Notes: a model not told the origin generated them from the sequence alone. A stretch of DNA of 64,000 nt from Cyanobacteria bacterium P01_A01_bin.123 (GCA_039815185.1 JBCBZT010000034.1:1-64000), one strand, 5' to 3'. Positions 10,399 through 20,471 are shown, counted from the first letter of the stretch. A program made the numbers and translations.

Positions 10399-11310
10399 CT
10401 ATTTGAACATGGTTTGTTTGAGCGCTGTCTGGTTCCAATTTGCTGCATTTGCTGCTGCTTCATAGGTGCTTTGGAGAAACGCGAGAAGCACCTGATCTGG
10501 CTGCTCAGCACCGCGTACGGTGTCGTAGGGCAAAATGAACTCTCCCATTTGCCCATGGAAAAAGGCTGCTTCAGGAGTGACAGGGGCGTCCTTAAATCCG
10601 TCAGGGGTGGGGTAAGCGTAAGAATAATAGGCAGGATAGCCCAACCCCGCCCCTGGCCAGAACCCGGCACTGCTAACTTCTTGAGAGTAGGCTTCTTTGG
10701 CAACATCATCAGGCAAGTTGGGGACACCACCCGGATGGTCTGGTGCCAACTGGCCCGAAAAGCGAGTCACGGCTAAATCGAAGCTGCCCCAGAAAAAATG
10801 AACGGGGCTGACTTTGCCACAAAAGTGGGAGCGAAATTCTCGAAAGACGCGATCGCTTTGCAGCAGCACCCGCCAAAAGCGAGTGGCATACTCCCCGTCA
10901 TAGGCACTGTGAGTCTCGTCTTGCTCAAAGGGAATGGGGTCAGCAACTTCGTTAGGAATGGTGTTGATCTTGACGTCAATCTTGAGAGCGGCCAGCGTAT
11001 CCATGACTGCTTGGTAAAAGTCTGCAACTGAACGAGGGCGTAGTTCAAGGGATTTCACATCCCCCTCACTGGTAGCAATGCGCAATTGATGCTCAATGAA
11101 ATCAAAGTCGATCTGAAAAATGCGATCGCCATAGGGCACAGTAGCCGTGGTCAGGCCCCTGGCTGTTAGATAAAGCGGCACATGCCAGGAGTGGTTGATC
11201 CAAGGGGTTTGCACCAGCCGGATTTTACCGACGATCTGAGTCCACATGTGCAGCGTGGTATAGGTTTCTTGCCAAGCGTCAAGCTCTAGGCTGGGCCAGG
11301 TATTAGACAT
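10399..11310 (-). CDS. conserved protein (DUF5996-like)
   Basis: TLHMWTQIVGK, NHSWH, SPVHFFWGSFDLAVTRFSG, SAGFWPG. Confidence 0.8.
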   Translation of the reverse strand: MSNTWPSLELDAWQETYTTLHMWTQIVGKIRLVQTPWINHSWHVPLYLTARGLTTATVPYGDRIFQIDFDFIEHQLRIATSEGDVKSLELRPRSVADFYQAVMDTLAALKIDVKINTIPNEVADPIPFEQDETHSAYDGEYATRFWRVLLQSDRVFREFRSHFCGKVSPVHFFWGSFDLAVTRFSGQLAPDHPGGVPNLPDDVAKEAYSQEVSSAGFWPGAGLGYPAYYSYAYPTPDGFKDAPVTPEAAFFHGQMGEFILPYDTVRGAEQPDQVLLAFLQSTYEAAANAANWNQTALKQTMFK

Positions 11311-11442
11311 AAAACTCCGAGTGTAAGAACTAGCACGGGAACCAACCTGAAACGGACGAGAATATTCTAGGGCGAACTGTACCTGTTAAACATCTGCGTT
11401 CTCTATCTGGTGCTTGTTATGTTTATAGCTGAGGGTGTTTCC

Positions 11443-11769
11443 TTATTGCTTTGCTTGGATTGCTTGAGCCTCAGCAAGGCTTAAGCCAAGTGCCTCAGAG
11501 ACTTGTTCAACACTCAGACCCATCTCGATTAATCGAATAACTGCTGCCTGCTGCAACTGTTCTACCTGACTAGCTCTCACCTCAGCAGCTTCGGCTCTTG
11601 CCTCAGCTTGGCGACGCTGTTGAGTTTCATACTCAAGCGCTGCGGCTAGCTCATCGAGAATGAGGAGCTTTTCACCAGTGTCTTCGCGGTAGAAGCCAAG
11701 GATTGTATCTTCTATTTGCACCCGCAGTTTCAATGGCTCAGATCGACCATCGGTAATGGGGGCGTAGGA
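11443..11769 (-). pseudogene. 3' remnant of a Uma2 (DUF820) endonuclease gene
   Basis: reads SYAPITDGRSEPLKLRV...GFYREDTGEKLL plus coiled-coil tail typical of cyanobacterial Uma2 C-termini; begins at the stop codon of the upstream gene, no catalytic N-half. Confidence 0.65.
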
Positions 11770-12396
11770 TTAATATTCACAGCCAACAGGTTGTGGCTCG
11801 GCCTGGGCGACATCAGCCGCAAATCCTTCAGGTAAAGTCGTTTCCTCAAATCCGGTGTCTACAGTACCTTGCATGGCCTGTGTCCCATATCCATGGGGAT
11901 ACATGTGGGCTCGCACCAGCAATGGTTGATCAGGCTGTACCGCAACCGCCCCGCCTGGGCGACTAAATGGCTGCTCATCAACATGGCTGTGCACAAGGAT
12001 TCTTCGAAATATTAGATTCCCCTCTTCATCCAGCACTTCCCACCAGTTGGCAAACTGATCGCAACCTGTGTCTGGGCTTTCTATGGTGATTACAAAGGTA
12101 TAAGCTTCGGGCTCTCCAGCAGTTACTTCGACGGCAGTCACTGTCGCAAAGCTGTCTTGAGCTTGAGACGATTCCGAGGGGGGAGTCAGTTCTGAATTGT
12201 TTTCAGACGCTTGAGGCGATTCTAGAGGGGCAGCGGCTTCTGGGCTATCTTCAGATGAGGGCGACTGGGCTAAACAACTGGTTAGTGTTAGTAGGAGCAC
12301 AATGGTCAAAGCACGGCCCAGATGGGTGATCAGGCTACCTGTGATTTGTGAACTGGCCGGAATATTTGCGGGGGTCGATGGTTTAGGCCAAATCAT
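11770..12396 (-). CDS. putative lipoprotein
   Basis: lipobox-like LTSC, Ser/Pro/Glu linker, SPDTGCDQFANWWEV...HSHVDEQPF domain; start uncertain. Confidence 0.7.
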   Translation of the reverse strand: MIWPKPSTPANIPASSQITGSLITHLGRALTIVLLLTLTSCLAQSPSSEDSPEAAAPLESPQASENNSELTPPSESSQAQDSFATVTAVEVTAGEPEAYTFVITIESPDTGCDQFANWWEVLDEEGNLIFRRILVHSHVDEQPFSRPGGAVAVQPDQPLLVRAHMYPHGYGTQAMQGTVDTGFEETTLPEGFAADVAQAEPQPVGCEY

Positions 12397-12567
12397 GTGT
12401 CTGAAGAGCGGGAAAAACGACAGCACCAATCTATCGATTAAAAACTACTATTGCCAAGATGGTGCTGTTTATTGTTACTGAACTGGTCATTAATGCAGCA
12501 TATGGACAATAGATAAAGGTCAATCATGACATCCAAGTGTTTGAGAATTTAAGTCAACCTCAAAGAC

Positions 12568-13332
12568 ATGAAATCAAACAAAATTTTTATTCTAATGAGT
12601 ACCGTTTTACTGTTGTTACTTGGAGGCTCAATTTATTTAAATGCACAACTCTATCAACAAGCGAAAAAGTATTATTTTGAGGTCAACGAAACTCGTTTAG
12701 ACCCGTTCGGTTTGAGTGAATATCCTGCAACTTTGGAGCAGGTTTCTCATGATTCTGGAGCTGATCAGTCTAAAATCCGTGTCGTTTTCTTCGGCGATTC
12801 CAGAGCAGCTGGTTGGGTATCACCGAATGCTAGCGGCTATGAATTTATTAATCGTGGCATTAGTTCCCAGACAACAGCTCAAACCATCCAGCGGTTTGCC
12901 TATCATGTAAATCCATTGCAACCTGATGTGGTGGTGATCCAGGTTGGCGTCAATGATCTCAAAACTGTTGCCTTGTTTCCAAGACGCAAAGACGAAATCA
13001 TTGCCAATTGTCGAGCGAATATTCAGCAAATCGTAGATGAGGCTAGGCGTCTAGGGGCAACTGTGATTTTGACGACCATTCTCCCGACGGGGGAGGTTCC
13101 GCTTGAACGCCGACCGTTTTGGTCGGATGAGATCGATATCGCCATTCAAGAGGTGAATGCCTATATCGCTACGTTGGCGGAAGATCAGGTCATCGTGTTT
13201 GATGCCTTCTCTTTGCTGGCTAATGATCAGGGCAAGATGGTAGAAGCTTACAGATCGGACGAGCTACACTTCAACGAGCAGGCTTATGTATTACTCAACC
13301 AGAAGCTCGTGCCGCTGCTGGATACAATATAA
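12568..13332 (+). CDS. SGNH/GDSL hydrolase
   Basis: FFGDS, NRGISSQ, GVND, DELHF blocks; N-terminal TM. Confidence 0.9.
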   Translation: MKSNKIFILMSTVLLLLLGGSIYLNAQLYQQAKKYYFEVNETRLDPFGLSEYPATLEQVSHDSGADQSKIRVVFFGDSRAAGWVSPNASGYEFINRGISSQTTAQTIQRFAYHVNPLQPDVVVIQVGVNDLKTVALFPRRKDEIIANCRANIQQIVDEARRLGATVILTTILPTGEVPLERRPFWSDEIDIAIQEVNAYIATLAEDQVIVFDAFSLLANDQGKMVEAYRSDELHFNEQAYVLLNQKLVPLLDTI

Positions 13333-13495
13333 AGCACGTACCGTCCAGCGTTAATCATTGATCATTCTCAAACAAATGACCTATCTCGATCAGTGGTGGT
13401 GCCCACGCCGCATCCCCGCGATGATTTGCGGGTTAGGTTTAAGCGCTTGTAGGGTGAAACTAACTTAAAGGATTGGGGTTGTCCCTCGTCTTTGC

Positions 13496-13668
13496 TTAAA
13501 AGTTCCATTGATTGAGTACAACGAATTGATTGGCTAAATTCAATCCTGAAGCTTCGAGATTTTCAATAGCTTTTACAATAGCCTGGTAGCTCATATTTTT
13601 TGCAGGTTCAGCACCTTGATAGATAGCTAGAATTGACTATCTTCATCTAGCAGTAGGGTTAGGCTCAA
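13496..13668 (-). pseudogene. internally deleted DUF5615 PIN-like toxin
   Basis: TTG-SLTLLLDEDSQ joined out of frame to ILAIYQGAEPAKNMSYQAIVKAIENLEASG...LNQWNF*; central region missing. Confidence 0.7.
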
Positions 13669-14029
13669 GGGCAACTCCTCTTCCCTGCAAGCGGTGGCGT
13701 TCTTCCTCAGCTTCAAGCCGGAGTAGGTCTTGGTGGGTCTCGCAATATTGAACCGCTTCTTGAATAGCAGCGAGGGGCAAGCCCCAGTTTTCGGCAGCTT
13801 GTTCGAGAGTCATTTGGTTAGCCAACATGTCTTGCCACAGCGTTGCAGCCAAAAGTTTGCGACCTTTAATTGATAGTTGCTTACGCCACGGATGGGGACG
13901 ATACACTAAGAATTGCCAGTCTTCAATAGGAGGGACGTCCTGGAGGGATTGAATGACGGCACTGATGAGTTCAAGACGTTCACTGGCAGGCAATTGAGTG
14001 GCTTGTTCTTTGATTTCTTGGAGGGACAC
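13643..14029 (-). CDS. DUF433-like antitoxin
   Basis: RPHPWRKQLSIKGRKL...AENWGLPLAAIQEA; overlaps start of the PIN remnant. Confidence 0.7.
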   Translation of the reverse strand: MSLQEIKEQATQLPASERLELISAVIQSLQDVPPIEDWQFLVYRPHPWRKQLSIKGRKLLAATLWQDMLANQMTLEQAAENWGLPLAAIQEAVQYCETHQDLLRLEAEEERHRLQGRGVALEPNPTAR

Positions 14030-14158
14030 GAAATACCTCACAGGATGCTGTCCTTTCAAGGATAACTAAGGACTTATAAGGCAAGCATTGTCTTTATTCG
14101 TGATGAAAGTGCGATCGCATTACAATACAACCAACGCGATCGCGCCTAAAACATCCCT

Positions 14159-14725
14159 ATGATTGCCGTCCCCAACTACATCAGCCCAGAAGAATATCTC
14201 ACCATTGAGCAGCAAAGCCAAATCCGTCACGAATATCGACGGGGTTTGGTTTATGCCATGGCGGGCGGCACTGATAACCACGATCGCATTGCCTTCAATC
14301 TGTTGAAAGCGATCGACAACCACCTGGGCGATAATTCAAACTGCCGCTTTTACTCCAGCAACGTTAAAGTCAATTATAAAAAGGCTTTCTATTACTACCC
14401 CGATGCCTTTGTGACCTGCGACGATCGAGATCGCAGCGATCGCTACGTTAAGCGCTACCCAAAATTAATCGCTGAAGTACTCTCCGACAGCACCGAAGCA
14501 TTTGACACCAGCGAAAAATTTGACGATTACCAACAACTCAACTCCCTAGAAGAGTATGTCCTGATTTCCCAAGTAGACCAGCGGGTGGAATGCCGTCGTC
14601 GTGTTGATGGGGAAACTTGGCAGACCGTCGTTTACAAGCGAGGCGACCAGGTTGTCTTGGCGAGTATTGGCTTAAAGATCGACATTACTGACCTATATCG
14701 TGGCCTTGATGGTCGGAATGGCTGA
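14159..14725 (+). CDS. Uma2 family (DUF820) endonuclease
   Basis: RHEY..G..YAMAGG, YYPDAFVTCD, IAEVLS.ST, EEYVLISQ. Confidence 0.92.
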   Translation: MIAVPNYISPEEYLTIEQQSQIRHEYRRGLVYAMAGGTDNHDRIAFNLLKAIDNHLGDNSNCRFYSSNVKVNYKKAFYYYPDAFVTCDDRDRSDRYVKRYPKLIAEVLSDSTEAFDTSEKFDDYQQLNSLEEYVLISQVDQRVECRRRVDGETWQTVVYKRGDQVVLASIGLKIDITDLYRGLDGRNG

Positions 14726-14744
14726 TACTTACGATGCAAATCCT

Positions 14745-14870
14745 GTTCGGGCTCTACTCCGTCGGGGGCAAAGTGGATCTGCTTCCCACATTGACGTGGG
14801 GTAATTTGCAGCTGAATCCGGTGAGCTATGAGGTCACCTACGGGCGATCGCAGATAGGCTGACCCCAATC
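14745..14870 (+). pseudogene. fragment of an OmpR-family response regulator
   Basis: frameshifted VRALLRRG / LPTLTWGNLQLNPVSYEVTYG, the receiver-to-wHTH junction. Confidence 0.5.
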
Positions 14871-14985
14871 CCAAAGGTTATTCCTAATATTAAGGTGTGC
14901 CGTAGGGAAGGCTTAGCCATAGCGTAATTGAATGCAGTCGCTGTACCCAGATCTTGAAACAAATGTACCAGTGCGAACCAAACAG

Positions 14986-16119
14986 CTAACTGACTTTATA
15001 ACCCCATTCTTCAAAGGAACGCTGCCACTCGTGGTTGATTTGCTCTGCTAAATCATGATCTAAGCTTGAAAAATTATTTTTACGATATCCCTGCCGTGCA
15101 TTGGCATAGTGATGCAGATTAGTCTCGAATCCTTCTGTATATGGCAGATCTAGAGTCTGATAGATAGCTTGCACCTGAGCGATGGGATCTTGGGCCAGTG
15201 CTGAGAAGCTCACTTCGTGGAATTGACCAGGCGGAATCAGAGATTTTTGGGCAAAGTAAGCGTCGTAAAGAATGCGGTAGCGGCGCAAAATGGCGCGATC
15301 GCGAGCGTCAGCGTCAGGTTTCTGTAGGCACGTCAGCCAACCCGCAGTTTCGAAGTAGTACCGCATGGACTGAAACACTTCGTAGGGATGGCGATGGATA
15401 TGGATAAACCGTGCCCGAGGGAAAAGCTCTAGCAGCAGCTTAATCCGCGCCGTGTGGGGTGGGGATTTCAGCACCAGTTGGCGGCGGTATTTGAAGGTGA
15501 GTTTTTTCAGGAACCACAAAAATGCCGCTTTCCACTGTTGCAGTTCTGCTGCCGATAAACATTGCAGGGTGAGATAGCGTTCGTAGTGTTGTTCGGCCTG
15601 GGGAAACGACAGGGCTAGATAGTAGGATTGCAGGGTTTCCAGAGCGATCGCGAATTCATCTTCTTGAGGGGATTGAAACCCGAGTTGCATGTTATCCATT
15701 GGGCGTTTGTCAGGCACTAGTCCGCTGAACCAACGCGTACAAACTTCCTCGGTTAGGAGAAACGTTTGTGGACTGATCACTTGGAACGTGTTCGGGTAAG
15801 CCAAGTGCTCGGTATCTAGCGCCAGTAGCTCATGCAGGAGGGTTGTCCCGCTGCGCCAATGCCCCAAAATGAAAATTGGATCTTCAGAAATTTCAACGGC
15901 ATTAACTTCGTGGCCATAGCGCCAGGATTCTATTTGGCTGAAAAGGGTACTAAGCCCACTCGTCAGGGTAATGGCTGCTGCTCGATGCCAATAGTGGCTG
16001 GCAATGCGGAATTGGTTTTGGCGCAGGAGTGACCACCAGCGATCGCAGCTAATACCCATTAGATAGTTGCCGTCCAAACGCCACCGATACGGCAAGTTTG
16101 GCTTTTTATGATTTAACAT
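14986..16119 (-). CDS. PAPS-dependent sulfotransferase
   Basis: PIFILGHWRSGTTLLH PAPS loop, RPMDNM, PQEDE, LKSPPH, IHRHP. Confidence 0.9.
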   Translation of the reverse strand: MLNHKKPNLPYRWRLDGNYLMGISCDRWWSLLRQNQFRIASHYWHRAAAITLTSGLSTLFSQIESWRYGHEVNAVEISEDPIFILGHWRSGTTLLHELLALDTEHLAYPNTFQVISPQTFLLTEEVCTRWFSGLVPDKRPMDNMQLGFQSPQEDEFAIALETLQSYYLALSFPQAEQHYERYLTLQCLSAAELQQWKAAFLWFLKKLTFKYRRQLVLKSPPHTARIKLLLELFPRARFIHIHRHPYEVFQSMRYYFETAGWLTCLQKPDADARDRAILRRYRILYDAYFAQKSLIPPGQFHEVSFSALAQDPIAQVQAIYQTLDLPYTEGFETNLHHYANARQGYRKNNFSSLDHDLAEQINHEWQRSFEEWGYKVS

Positions 16120-16146
16120 TTCTTTTCACCAAGTTTTTGGGGTTGG

Positions 16147-16236
16147 AGATCCCAGGGTTCTGCAGGGAGAGAGATCACGGGGTTCTTGCAGGAGTCCTCA
16201 AAGCTGTTGCCTGAACTCGATAGAACCCCGGGATCT
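16147..16236. repeat. cyanobacterial REP/SDR-like inverted repeat element
   Basis: agatcccagggttct / agatcacggggttct ... agaaccccgggatct. Confidence 0.45.
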
Positions 16237-16270
16237 AATCTGTCACACTGGGATCTGGCGTATATGCCTA

Positions 16271-16750
16271 TTACGCATCCCAAGCCCCCGCATTCTCAAT
16301 GCCGTAGGTTTGGCGCAGGCTATCTAGAGGCTGATCCATCACCGTATCGGGCTCGATATAAGCATTAATCTGGTCACGAACGGTGAAGCCTTGTCGAACT
16401 CCTGAAAAATAAAGCCGCAGGATTTCAAGGGGGTGATATTTCACCGACTCGGTGCCGACAGCTTGGCCCCAGCAAGATCGCCACGTGACTTCGATCGCTA
16501 CCCCAATACTTTGCAGGTAGTAAGTCCAAGGACGTCGCCAGGTCAGCGCAGTTAACAAGAAGCCCACAAGTTGCATCTCATCATCTAAGTCAGTGCTGTA
16601 TCCAGTGACAACGTGCATGATGTCGTGTCGCTGTAAGTCTTGCCAGGGGATCGTGAGCCAGCCTAATTGCAGGTCGCGATCGCGAGTAAAGGTAGGATTC
16701 GCACAATAATACTGTTCTAGACCCTGACGCAGGGTTTGTTGTGTTGCCAT
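16271..16750 (-). CDS. Coq4-like metal-binding protein
   Basis: HDIMH-x11-E motif (HDIMHVVTGYSTDLDDE); GGAG RBS. Confidence 0.6.
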   Translation of the reverse strand: MATQQTLRQGLEQYYCANPTFTRDRDLQLGWLTIPWQDLQRHDIMHVVTGYSTDLDDEMQLVGFLLTALTWRRPWTYYLQSIGVAIEVTWRSCWGQAVGTESVKYHPLEILRLYFSGVRQGFTVRDQINAYIEPDTVMDQPLDSLRQTYGIENAGAWDA

Positions 16751-16770
16751 ATTGGATTCTCCTTATCAGC

Positions 16771-16820
16771 ACCCCTCCGCCTCCGGCACCTCCCCTTATG
16801 AAGGGGAGGATGGGTGGGGT
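16771..16820. repeat. short GC-rich cyanobacterial palindromic repeat
   Basis: cctcccctt-atg-aaggggagg hairpin. Confidence 0.5.
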
Positions 16821-16938
16821 CTGCTGTGTTGTTTAACTTCAGGCAGTGGGTTGTATAACAGCATGCTGATGGGCTGATTGGATAGCGTGTTGGTTATCGT
16901 GATCGCCTGGCCAACAACCGTAAAACAGAAACCACTGC

Positions 16939-17835
16939 CTAGGGAGTACTGGCCACAAGCGTTTCATTTTTAGTACTTGCCCCTGCGCCTAGTTCCAGAT
17001 AACGGTGCAGGTACTCAGAGATCACACCGTGCAATAGCAAATTATGGGCAGCAGCAAAGGCACTGTTGGGGGCCAACGGATGGCGGTTGGTAATAATGTG
17101 ATTCCAAGTCGAATCACCCGTTACTTTGGTGAAATAGAGCCCAAAGTTTTCATCAAACTGGAGTGAAATCACGGCCCGCTCAAACTCGTCGCTGGTGACG
17201 CAGAGGGAATAGCAAATCTTGAATAACTCCAGTGCGGATTCCATATCAAGTATTCGCAGCCAGCCCCGTTTGGTGACGTCCACATCGATCTCGACGGGTT
17301 GCACACTGCTGAAATCTAGCCCGCGCTGGTGGACTTCAGCTAGCCAGTTGGGGTTTTGCTGCTGGGCTTTGTGATAGTCCAAGACGAAGTTATACAAGAT
17401 CAAGTCGTGCTCTAGGAATGCGTTTGCGGCTAAATCTTCGACAGTGCGGGGATAGAGTTCAGAGCGGGCGATAGTTGGGTCAGGGCCATTGTCAATTAAG
17501 AAATTGACGATATTAGACCCAATCGCTAAGTGGCGCACAATCAGATAACAAGCTTCTGGGGTGGTAAACGTGTTGAGAAACCAAACTGCCAGGTTGTGCA
17601 TGATCCAGTAGGAGCGAAACTGGAAAGGCAGTAACCGCTTTAGGGTCATGATCAAGGCCAGTCCCAGGTTGGCAATGATTTTGATCGGAATCAGCAGGTA
17701 ATTACGCGACCAGCTTTGCAAGTCTTTGACCATGTAGGCTTTCGCCGTTGGGTCAACGGGGATGGCCTGGTCGAAATAGATCGCATCCCAAACGTTGGGA
17801 TCTCTGCGGTCGTGGGGTTTAGGAATGTAGGTCAT
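16939..17835 (-). CDS. conserved hypothetical protein coupled to the DarB-like gene
   Basis: 4-nt ATGA overlap with upstream ketosynthase; His/Glu-rich helices (IVRH, FLEHD, HG..SE.LH). Confidence 0.75.
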   Translation of the reverse strand: MTYIPKPHDRRDPNVWDAIYFDQAIPVDPTAKAYMVKDLQSWSRNYLLIPIKIIANLGLALIMTLKRLLPFQFRSYWIMHNLAVWFLNTFTTPEACYLIVRHLAIGSNIVNFLIDNGPDPTIARSELYPRTVEDLAANAFLEHDLILYNFVLDYHKAQQQNPNWLAEVHQRGLDFSSVQPVEIDVDVTKRGWLRILDMESALELFKICYSLCVTSDEFERAVISLQFDENFGLYFTKVTGDSTWNHIITNRHPLAPNSAFAAAHNLLLHGVISEYLHRYLELGAGASTKNETLVASTP

Positions 17836-19757
17836 ACGTCAATTTCCTCCAGTTGCAGCCGATAGAGCCGGGCAGTGGTTTTTGCGGTTTTGACAATGCG
17901 ATCGCCAATTTCTGGCGTCATCCAGTCAGCTTCTAGAAACGCTTGCAGCTTGGCGATGTGGGATTCATCATTGTCAGCGTGATAGGCCAAAAATGAGACC
18001 TGCTGCTTGCTCAAACCCAGCGTTTTTTGAATCAGGTCTGCCCACTCGCCCGCCAGGCGATTACCTAAACCTTCAATAATGAACATGCTGCCCAGTAAAT
18101 CAATCGGATTTTCACGAGAAGCCTGTTGAAAGATGTAGGCCGAGAGCGCTTCGGAGCCCGTATTTTTTTCTGCCCCTACAATCTCTTCAAGCTCTCCCCC
18201 CACGGATACGTAATTGCGCTCCAACATTTGGAAATCTCGGTGTTCGTCTTGAGCATGGCCGATTAAAAGCGATCGCAGCTCAAAATTAGTCGCATGGGAA
18301 GCTGCCCGCGTAATCCAGCGTGCCCCTTCCACGACCTGGGGACGCAAGTTGCGTAGCAGGGCTTTGTAGTCCTGCAAGGTAAAGGTGCCCCGATGTAATC
18401 GCTGCACGATGGGGACGGAGCGCAGTTCACGATCAAATTCCAGCCAGACGAGCATGAGTTGGCGGAGGAGATCACTGCTGACACTCGATTCGGGGGAGGG
18501 GGAGAGATGGAGAGATGGAGAGAGGGGGGTGGCCGCAGGGACGCGATTAATCGCGTCCTGACTGGGAGGGGTTTCTGCTGTGCTGTCTACAACCGTCAGC
18601 TTCATGTAGGCAGTGGTGAAGCGTCCGCTTTCGGGGACGAAGCAGAAGATGGTTTGGCCGGGTTGCAGTTTGCCAGAGTTAAACAGTTCTTCCAACATTA
18701 AGTAGATCGAGGCACAGCCCGTATTGCCTCGGGTGTAGAGGTTGGTAAACCACTTTTCTTCGGGAATCATGCAGCCAGCTTTTTCAAGTAGGTCAACGAT
18801 TTGACTGCGGAAGAAGTGGGAGGAGTAATGGCACAAGAGCCAGTCAATTTCATCGGGGCGGACGCGACCCGCTTCGATCAGTCGCAACCAGCCTTCGACG
18901 CCGAGTTGCACAACGGTATCCAAAAGACGAATATTTTGTCGTAGATTGATTGCGCCGTCTTCAGCCGCTTCCGCTTGGGAGGGGTAATCCATCCAGCTAT
19001 TGAGCTGTTCGGAAGAGTCAGTCCCGGCATACATGCAGACGGGATAGGCGTTGGCATGGGAGATGAGTTCGATCCACTCGATTTTAAGGCTGAGACCGTT
19101 GGCGGCAGGGCGATCGCTGACCAAACAAGCCCCCGCCCCATCAGACAACATCCACCGCAGAAATTCGGTGTCGAAGGGCAGATTTTCACCAGACTGTCTG
19201 GCAGTTTCTGACTCAAAGCGGGTGTGTTTAAACAGACGAGAAGCGAGTTCAGAGGCCACTGCGATCGCCTGTCGTTTTTTCCCCAGTTGAATTTGTGAGG
19301 TCGCATAGCTCAGGGCAGCCACCCCTGCACAGCAAACCCCTTGATGAGAAGTCGCTTCGAGGGGAGAAAGTTCGGGTAGTTCGCCGTGCACCATGCTGGC
19401 AAACCCAGGAACGAGTAAATCTGGCCAGGTGGTGCCGCAGGTCAGCAGGTCAATGGCGTGGGGGTTGATTCCAGCTTGTTGCAGCGTATCGCGGACTGCT
19501 GCTGCTGCCATTTGGCTGTTGCTCACAGTGGTTTGCTGTTGCTGATCAAGGGCGTAGTGGCGTTGTTGAATGCCGTTACTTTTGAGAATGCGGGCTTTAA
19601 CGCGCGAGGGGCGATTGTTAACCTTGCCGAGATAATCTTCCATCTCGTCATTGGCAATGGGCTCACCGGGTAGAAACTTGCCCACATGGGTGATGAAGGC
19701 ATCGCGGGGGCGATCTAGGGTGTGGGTAGATGGGTGAAGGGGAAGAGACTGCATCAC
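17832..19757 (-). CDS. StlD/DarB-type beta-ketoacyl synthase III fused to a heme-oxygenase-like (iron-redox) domain
   Basis: Cys-His-Asn triad (GVCCAG, CHYSS, GNTG), FLRWMLSDGAGA, VPESGRF; C-terminal DEHRD, IIEG, HADNDESH. Confidence 0.85.
   Translation of the reverse strand: MMQSLPLHPSTHTLDRPRDAFITHVGKFLPGEPIANDEMEDYLGKVNNRPSRVKARILKSNGIQQRHYALDQQQQTTVSNSQMAAAAVRDTLQQAGINPHAIDLLTCGTTWPDLLVPGFASMVHGELPELSPLEATSHQGVCCAGVAALSYATSQIQLGKKRQAIAVASELASRLFKHTRFESETARQSGENLPFDTEFLRWMLSDGAGACLVSDRPAANGLSLKIEWIELISHANAYPVCMYAGTDSSEQLNSWMDYPSQAEAAEDGAINLRQNIRLLDTVVQLGVEGWLRLIEAGRVRPDEIDWLLCHYSSHFFRSQIVDLLEKAGCMIPEEKWFTNLYTRGNTGCASIYLMLEELFNSGKLQPGQTIFCFVPESGRFTTAYMKLTVVDSTAETPPSQDAINRVPAATPLSPSLHLSPSPESSVSSDLLRQLMLVWLEFDRELRSVPIVQRLHRGTFTLQDYKALLRNLRPQVVEGARWITRAASHATNFELRSLLIGHAQDEHRDFQMLERNYVSVGGELEEIVGAEKNTGSEALSAYIFQQASRENPIDLLGSMFIIEGLGNRLAGEWADLIQKTLGLSKQQVSFLAYHADNDESHIAKLQAFLEADWMTPEIGDRIVKTAKTTARLYRLQLEEIDV
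18539..18558. repeat. perfect 20-bp palindrome within the coding linker
   Basis: ggacgcgattaatcgcgtcc, next to ggagagat tandem repeats. Confidence 0.75.
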
Positions 19758-20010
19758 AATTGATCCTCAAAGAATGACGACATCAGCACCGCTTTGAACT
19801 GCTGTTGTCGCTATTCTCTTCGTTCGCTCTCTGCACCGACAATGAGGAACGGGCAGGTTACGCGAGTTTCAACCAGTGGGGTGTAACCCAAGGAAGTGAT
19901 GCGAAGTAGTGCGAAGTAATGGGATAGGGAATTTCTAGATTTCTGCCGTAATTGAGCAGCAGCAGGGTGTTGCTATATCGCGTTGAATCAGTCAGTCTTA
20001 GGAGAAACCG

Positions 20011-20214
20011 ATGGATCCAGCAGGACTAATACTGGTAGCAGTGGGACTTTTCTCAGCCGCTGGTGACATTCTGAATTGGGAATGGTTCATGAACCATCGC
20101 AAGGCTCGGTTTATGTGCGCCATCTTGACTCGCACTGGAGCGCGTATATTTTATGTCATCCTCGGTCTTGGGATTGCGGTGGCTGGGGCACTATTGACCC
20201 TAGGGATCATATAG
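20011..20214 (+). CDS. Imm17-like small membrane immunity protein
   Basis: GLFS...NWEWFMNHRKAR...GARIFY pattern; GGAG RBS. Confidence 0.65.
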   Translation: MDPAGLILVAVGLFSAAGDILNWEWFMNHRKARFMCAILTRTGARIFYVILGLGIAVAGALLTLGII

Positions 20215-20471
20215 GTTCTGCTATCTTTCAGCGGTTGGCAGTTGTTGCATCAACCAATTTGCCGCCGCCGTACTTATTTCTGTCGCCAATTTTTCCAACG
20301 CTTGCTCTACCAACGCGATCAGTAACCCAGCCAAGGCCTGGGAAACCTGAATGGGTTCATAGCCACCAACCTCAATTAATCCAAACGCAAACAGCCGCAT
20401 CCCTAAGCACCCTTGATGAAATGCAATTTTGCGCCGAAGAATAAAAAGTCACTCCAGTATCGAAGCAACAG

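Noticed and set aside
20215..20460. Short minus-strand coding-like stretch (MRLFAFGLIEVGG...)
   Set aside because: May be another remnant, but no family could be recognised
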